Source: Prasinococcaceae sp. CCMP 1430
Taxonomy: Eukaryota > Plantae > Prasinodermophyta
Assembly (NCBI GenBank): GCA_013416795.1
Contig: RQSC01001211.1
Span: forward strand, 1-12,009
Direction: 5' to 3'
Length of the DNA: 12,009 bases
The position numbers and the translations under genes are program-made. The notes beneath the pieces are model-generated. The model worked only from the letters and a program-made list of their open reading frames with translations, made no database searches and had not been told where the DNA came from. This document shows, piece by piece, positions 7,733 through 12,009 of this stretch (positions are counted from its first letter, which is position 1; each line of letters begins with the position of its first letter).

Positions 7733-9028
7733 TCACTCTACGTCGATGCCACCGAGGCCAATACCTTCACCCGTCGAGGAGGTTGTGATGCGTTGCATTG
7801 CCGCCGCTGCCTGCTCGGGCGTGTCGACCAAACGGTCAAAGCACAGTCGCCGGATGGAGTACTCGGAACCGTACCGCTGCGAGCGACGAGCGCGCGCGGA
7901 TATCACGAGCGCATGGGAGCGGCGGGTCGCGTCAGCAAAGGTAGGCACAGCGGCGCAGCTACATGCGCCGCGCTCGTCAACGCGCCCAGGCCACCCGGTC
8001 GACCCCCATCCCGCGCGCGCGTGAGCACGCATGCGCACGCTCACTGAGCACGCGCTACCCACGCACCAGGCGCACGTCCACTCCGCGCTGGTCGATGGTG
8101 ATTATGTTGACTGAGTCCGGGTCCTGATCCTTGTGGTCAGAGTCGAGCGGGTGCTCCAGCGAGGACCCGAAAAGCTCGATCATGGGCGCGCGGAAGGTGT
8201 CGTTGAGCATGCGCAGCGTGGCCTCGCAGTCGCGCGTGATTTGATCGGGCGTCGCGTTGTAGTAATCCTCACAGTTGATCCACGTGACCGTGCCGAAGCC
8301 GCCCACGAAGTAGATGTCATGCAGCGTGTGCATGTGGAAGTACTGGAAGGAGGAGCCCGAGTTGGCGTAGAGTGTGTGGTGCTTGGGCGAGTCGTGCTTC
8401 TGGCGGAAGCACTCGCGCGCCACGCTGGTGCGCTCGGGGTCGACGGGATAAATGTCGCCGAAAAGCGTCACGCGCGCGTTGGCCATGCCGTGCCAGCCAG
8501 GCATCTGCACGACAATGGTCGCGCGCGAGTCCTCGTTGAGGTTGCGCGTGTGGATGGCCAGCGGCGAGAGCGCGAAGATGGGCATGCCCGCGTCGTCCGT
8601 CACAAAGTCCACCACGCTGCCGAAGGGGTAGCCCGCGCGCCGGTGGTTCGAGCGGCTCATCAGCGTGCACAGCTGCCCGTAGCGCGCCTGCTCCATCAGG
8701 TTGCGCACGGCGACCGCCGGCGAGGGAAGCGTGTGCGTGTGCGACGCGCTCGCCACGCCGCCCGTCACTGGGGAGCGGTGCAGCCCGGTCTTGGTGGTCG
8801 ACACGTCAAACGAGTACATGTCCGTGCGGTTGGTCTCAGAGGGGATCGCCAGCTGCTGCATGCCCGACGCGGCATCCTCGTAGAACGCGCGCTGTCGCCG
8901 GCGCGGCTGCGTCTCCTTCTTTTTCTTGGGCGCCACCTCCCCGGCGGCATCCTTGCCGTCGACCCCGGCGTCTGTCAGCTGCTCGCCGCCGCCGCTCGCC
9001 GCGCGCGCCGCGAGGCGGCGGCCGCGGC
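7733..9028 (-). CDS. HugZ/CREG-like (pyridoxamine 5'-phosphate oxidase split-barrel) protein of the green-lineage At3g21140/At1g51560 type; join(<9028..8067,7876..7733); N-terminus lost in the gap
   Basis: SPAVAVRNLMEQARYGQLCTLMSRSNHRRAGYPFGSVVDF...FALSPLAIHTRNL...VVQMPGWHGMANARVTLFGDIYP...DIYFVGGFGTVTW closely follows the plant proteins as I recall them. Splicing restores IDQRGVDVRL|RYGSEYSIRRLCF. The frame stays open to the gap with a transit-peptide-like RGRRLAARAAS. Confidence 0.88.
7877..8066 (-). other. Spliceosomal intron of the HugZ-like gene (190 nt)
   Basis: GTGCGT donor, GCTGAC branch point (A at 7932), CGCAG acceptor, phase 0. Confidence 0.85.
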
Positions 9029-9104
9029 NNNNNNNNNNNNNNNNNNNNNNNNNNNNNNNNNNNNNNNNNNNNNNNNNNNNNNNNNNNNNNNNNNNNNNNN
9101 NNNN
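9029..9104. other. Assembly gap (76 N)
   Basis: Run of N in the sequence; the true length may differ. Confidence 1.
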
Positions 9105-9259
9105 CGCAACGCGACGCCCACCGCCCGGCGGCCCGCCGCCGCACCGCGCGCGCCTCGCACACGCCCGATGCTCCGGAAGCGCGCGCGCGCGCGCGAACCC
9201 GGTCAGTGCTCTGCATGACCGGGTCTCTCCCCGAAATACCCTGCCCTGATGACCGCGCG

Positions 9260-9285
9260 AACCCTAGCCCTAGCCCTAGCCCTAG
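9260..9285 (+). repeat. AA(CCCTAG)4 telo-box/telomere-variant tandem array in the divergent promoter between the HugZ-like gene and PRP18
   Basis: Four perfect CCCTAG units at 9262-9285 preceded by AA (AACCCTAG). Confidence 0.85.
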
Positions 9286-9611
9286 CGATCACACCGGGGT
9301 AAAATCGCGCGGGATGCCACAACGATGATGCTCCATTCGACTGTTGGGGCGGGCTTTTCGGGGCTCGTCCGGGCGGATCGCAGGTCAATATGCATCGCTC
9401 GTAAAACGCAGAAAGTGTTTTCGTGGGGGAACGCGCCGCGGTGCCGCGGGCCCACAGCGCGCGCGCCGCGCGGCGCGCCCACGGCGGGGGCGGCGGGGGC
9501 GGCGGCGGCGAGGGCCAGCGCGCGGGCGGCAAGGCGGGCGAGGGAGGCAGCGCGGGGGGTGTCTCGTCGGCTGGGTCGAAGCAGAGCGAGAGCGCCCGCG
9601 CCGTGGCCGCC

Positions 9612-10718
9612 ATGACCCAGGCGCAGGTGTTCGCGAAGTTGCGCGCGCTCGCCGAGCCGGTGACGTACTTCGGCGAGGTCGACCAGGATCGACGAGAGCG
9701 CCTCGCCAAGAAGCTCGAGGAGCGCGCCGAGGCGCTGGCCGCGGACGAGGAGGAGGGCGTGAAGCGCAACGTGCGCGACGACGCCTTCAAACAGGACGTC
9801 AAGCGCATGGCGGAGGAGCGCGAGGCGCGCAAGCGCCAGCTCGCCGCAGAGGCAGCGACGGGCATCACGAGCAAGGCGCCCGATGGCGGCGGAGGAGGCG
9901 CGGCCGACGGCGCCAAGCAGGCCGCGGGTGCCGCGGGCGCCGCGGAGGGTGCCGGGAGGGAAGCCGGCGGCGGCGTCGACGGCGATTTCGCTGCGCGCGT
10001 CGCAGAGGCGGCGCGCATCGCCAAGAAGCTGAAGGAGGAGGCGGACACCAACCTCGAGGAGGACGATCGCGCGGTGGCCTACATGCGGCGGCTCCTGCAA
10101 GAGTGGGGCACTGAGCTCGCCGAGCAGGGCACGGAGGCGCTCATGACCTCCTTCGAGGGCATTCAGAGCGTGGCGACGCACCGCCAGACCGAGGATTTCA
10201 TCAAGCCGCTCTTCGAGCGCCTCGAACAGCGCACGCTGGACCCGCTCATGCGCTGGAACATCCTGATGATCATCCGGCTGATGCGCGAGCGCGAGTACCT
10301 CAAGGCGAGCGACAAGTACGTGCAGATCTGCATCGGCAACGCGCCGTGGCCCATCGGCGTGACCTCGGTGGGCATCCACGCGCGCTCGGGCCGCGAGCGC
10401 ATCTCAGAGACCAACAAGAACTTCAAGGCGCACGTCATGACCGATGAGACCACTCGCAAGTTCCTGGTGTGCCTCAAGCGCCTGCTCACCTTCGCGCAGC
10501 GTCGCTACCCGGCCGACCCCTCCAAGTGCCTCGAGTTCAACTCGCTGGTCAACGGCTCCGACCTGAAGGCGCTCACGGGCCGCGACATCGAGGCGGAGAC
10601 CGAACACCTGCGGAGCGAGACCGACTTTCGCGCGCACTCGGTCAAGCACTGGGTCAACGAGCCGCCGCCGCCGCCCGGCCAGGGCAAGGGCCGCCTGCTC
10701 AACAAGCCCAACTTCTGA
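9612..10718 (+). CDS. PRP18: Pre-mRNA splicing factor Prp18 (second-step factor), 368 aa from ATG 9612
   Basis: N-terminal PRP4-like/SFM motif (VFAKLRALAEPVTYFGEVDQDRRERL); Prp18 domain with conserved loop IGNAPWPIGVTSVGIHARSGRERI, AHVMTDETTRKFL..LKRLLTFAQRRYPADPSK, and plant-type tail EFNSLVNGSDL. The frame is open upstream to 9405 without an ATG, so a spliced upstream exon is possible. Confidence 0.93.
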   Translation: MTQAQVFAKLRALAEPVTYFGEVDQDRRERLAKKLEERAEALAADEEEGVKRNVRDDAFKQDVKRMAEEREARKRQLAAEAATGITSKAPDGGGGGAADGAKQAAGAAGAAEGAGREAGGGVDGDFAARVAEAARIAKKLKEEADTNLEEDDRAVAYMRRLLQEWGTELAEQGTEALMTSFEGIQSVATHRQTEDFIKPLFERLEQRTLDPLMRWNILMIIRLMREREYLKASDKYVQICIGNAPWPIGVTSVGIHARSGRERISETNKNFKAHVMTDETTRKFLVCLKRLLTFAQRRYPADPSKCLEFNSLVNGSDLKALTGRDIEAETEHLRSETDFRAHSVKHWVNEPPPPPGQGKGRLLNKPNF

Positions 10719-10896
10719 GCGAGCGGCCACACGCACGTGTATGAGATCGCCGCGGATGCGATGCGATGCGACGCGCCTGCTGGTAACGCGCGAGTCGCGC
10801 GTGCGCTCGCACGCGCGACTTCCACACCATTGGCTGCGCGGAGCGGCGCTCGCGCCTCCCCTCGCAGCACGCCCGCGCGGGACAAAGCAGCGTCAA

Positions 10897-12009
10897 TTAC
10901 TTCGCGGCGGTCTTGCCGGACTCGATCATGGCCTCGTCCTTGGCCTTCTCCTTCTCGGCCTGCGTAAGCAGCCTGCCCTTCGCCACGATCTCCTTCCTCT
11001 CCGCGAAGCGATCCACCAGGAAGTCGGCGTGCTCGCGCATGATGAGTGTGAACTGCGCGGGCGCGCGTGGGCGCAAAGGGGGGTGGCGCGGGTCAGCACG
11101 CGCGGCGGGGATGCGTCCAGGGCGCGCGCCCGCGAGTGCGCCACATGCGCGCGCGCGCGCCGCCTCCGCCGCGCCGCACCTTGTAGTGCTCCTCCATGAC
11201 GTCGATGACGCGCTCGCGGAAGGACGAGTCCTTCATGCGCCCGCCATCCTCGTCGCTCTCGAATTCCTTCCAGCCCTTGGCGACGCTCGACTGGTTCGTC
11301 GTGCAGGGCATGCGCATCCACCTCGCGAGCTTTCGGAGCTCGTTGACGGCGTTGAAGGACTGCGAGCCGCCGTTCACCTGCAGCACCGCGCACGTGCGGC
11401 CCTGCGAGGGTCGCACGCTGCCGCTGGTGAGGGGGATCCAGTCGATCTGGTTCTTGAACACGCCGGTGATCGTGCCGTGCATCTCCGGCGACACCCACAC
11501 GTGGCCCTCGGACCAGAGCGACAGGCTTCGCAGCTCCTGCACCTTGGGATGGTCCTCGAGCGCCGGGTCGCGCACGGGCAGGCCGCTGGGATTGAAGACG
11601 CGCACGTCGGCGCCCATTGCCTCGAGCAGCCGCGCGCACTCGTACGCCAGCAGCTTAGAGAAGGAGCGCTCCCGCAGCGAGCCGTAGAGCACCAGCAGGC
11701 GCGGCTTGTGCGTCTTGGTCGCGCCGGGCACAGCGAAGTCCCGCGCCGCGCTCAGGTCGGTGCCGTATGCGCCATCGGCGTCGAAGGCGACGCGCGCCAC
11801 CCAGTCGTCGCCCGGGCCTGATGTGTCCCGGGTGACGCGGATGAGAGGGGCAATGGTGCAGTTGACGGCGGGGATGGCGTAGCCGTTGTCGCGGGCGTGC
11901 TTGAGCACGGCCATCGAGTCCTTGCCCGACACCACGCCCGGCTTGACGATGTCCGCCAGCTTCTGCGTCGTGGCGGCCTCGGCGCGCGCGGCCGCGCGGC
12001 GCGCGGCGC
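10897..12009 (-). CDS. arsH: ArsH NADPH-dependent FMN reductase / organoarsenical oxidase with a chimeric N-terminus; join(<12007..11180,11052..10897), 5' partial
   Basis: [28 protein letters not shown]; [26 protein letters not shown]; [48 protein letters not shown]...NQSSVAK; after splicing YK|[21 protein letters not shown]. These are all ArsH-specific motifs. Confidence 0.93.
11053..11179 (-). other. Spliceosomal intron of arsH (127 nt)
   Basis: GTGCGG donor, GCTGAC branch point (A at 11093), CGCAG acceptor, phase 0; restores the conserved ArsH C-terminal helix. Confidence 0.9.
11855..11962 (-). other. N-terminal fragment of class II (type A) fructose-bisphosphate aldolase fused in frame to ArsH
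   Basis: [36 protein letters not shown] versus E. coli FbaA KIFDFVKPGVITGDDVQKVFQVAKENNFALPAVNCV. Similarity ends abruptly after VNCT. Confidence 0.85.

Noticed and set aside
9260-9285. CRISPR array or true chromosome end
   Set aside because: Only four 6-nt units, no spacers, and flanked by genes on both sides.
10755-10774. (GATGC)3 plus GACGC short tandem repeat downstream of PRP18
   Set aside because: Ordinary short microsatellite in a probable 3' UTR; no evidence of function.
8133-11821. Long antisense ORFs 8133..9218, 9203..10051, 9282..10379 and 10913..11821
   Set aside because: They mirror the HugZ-like, PRP18 and arsH coding strands and have no independent motifs or signals.
10897-12009. 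Bacterial ars operon or bacterial contamination
   Set aside because: arsH has a canonical spliceosomal intron matching the neighbouring genes, and no arsR/arsB/arsC/acr3 is visible in the window (sequence beyond the right edge is not seen).

Overview
This is compact, very GC-rich eukaryotic genomic DNA, most likely from a prasinophyte-grade green alga. That is an inference from plant-type UTP14, PRP18 and HugZ/CREG-like proteins, GTGCG donors, CTGAC branch points and short GC-rich introns. Six genes are well supported: UTP14 (+), a signal-peptide-bearing Cys-type sulfatase (-, 2 introns), an unknown membrane protein (+, 1 tentative intron), a HugZ/CREG-like split-barrel protein (-, 1 intron, 5' end in an N gap), PRP18 (+) and ArsH (-, 1 intron, runs off the right edge). 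A seventh gene may start at the left edge. The most striking signal is that two genes begin with an in-frame piece of an unrelated protein. ArsH is preceded by a transit-peptide-like segment plus the first ~36 aa of a class II fructose-bisphosphate aldolase. UTP14 is preceded by an ABCG-type Walker A segment and has no in-frame ATG before its conserved N-terminal motifs. Both could be real exon-shuffling events or assembly chimeras. Other signals: a branch-A to 3' splice-site distance of exactly 40 nt in 3 of 4 well-defined introns, exact 9-13 nt words shared between distant AT-rich intergenic islands, and a (CCCTAG)4 telo-box-like array in a bidirectional promoter. All family assignments are from motif recognition by eye; no database search was run.
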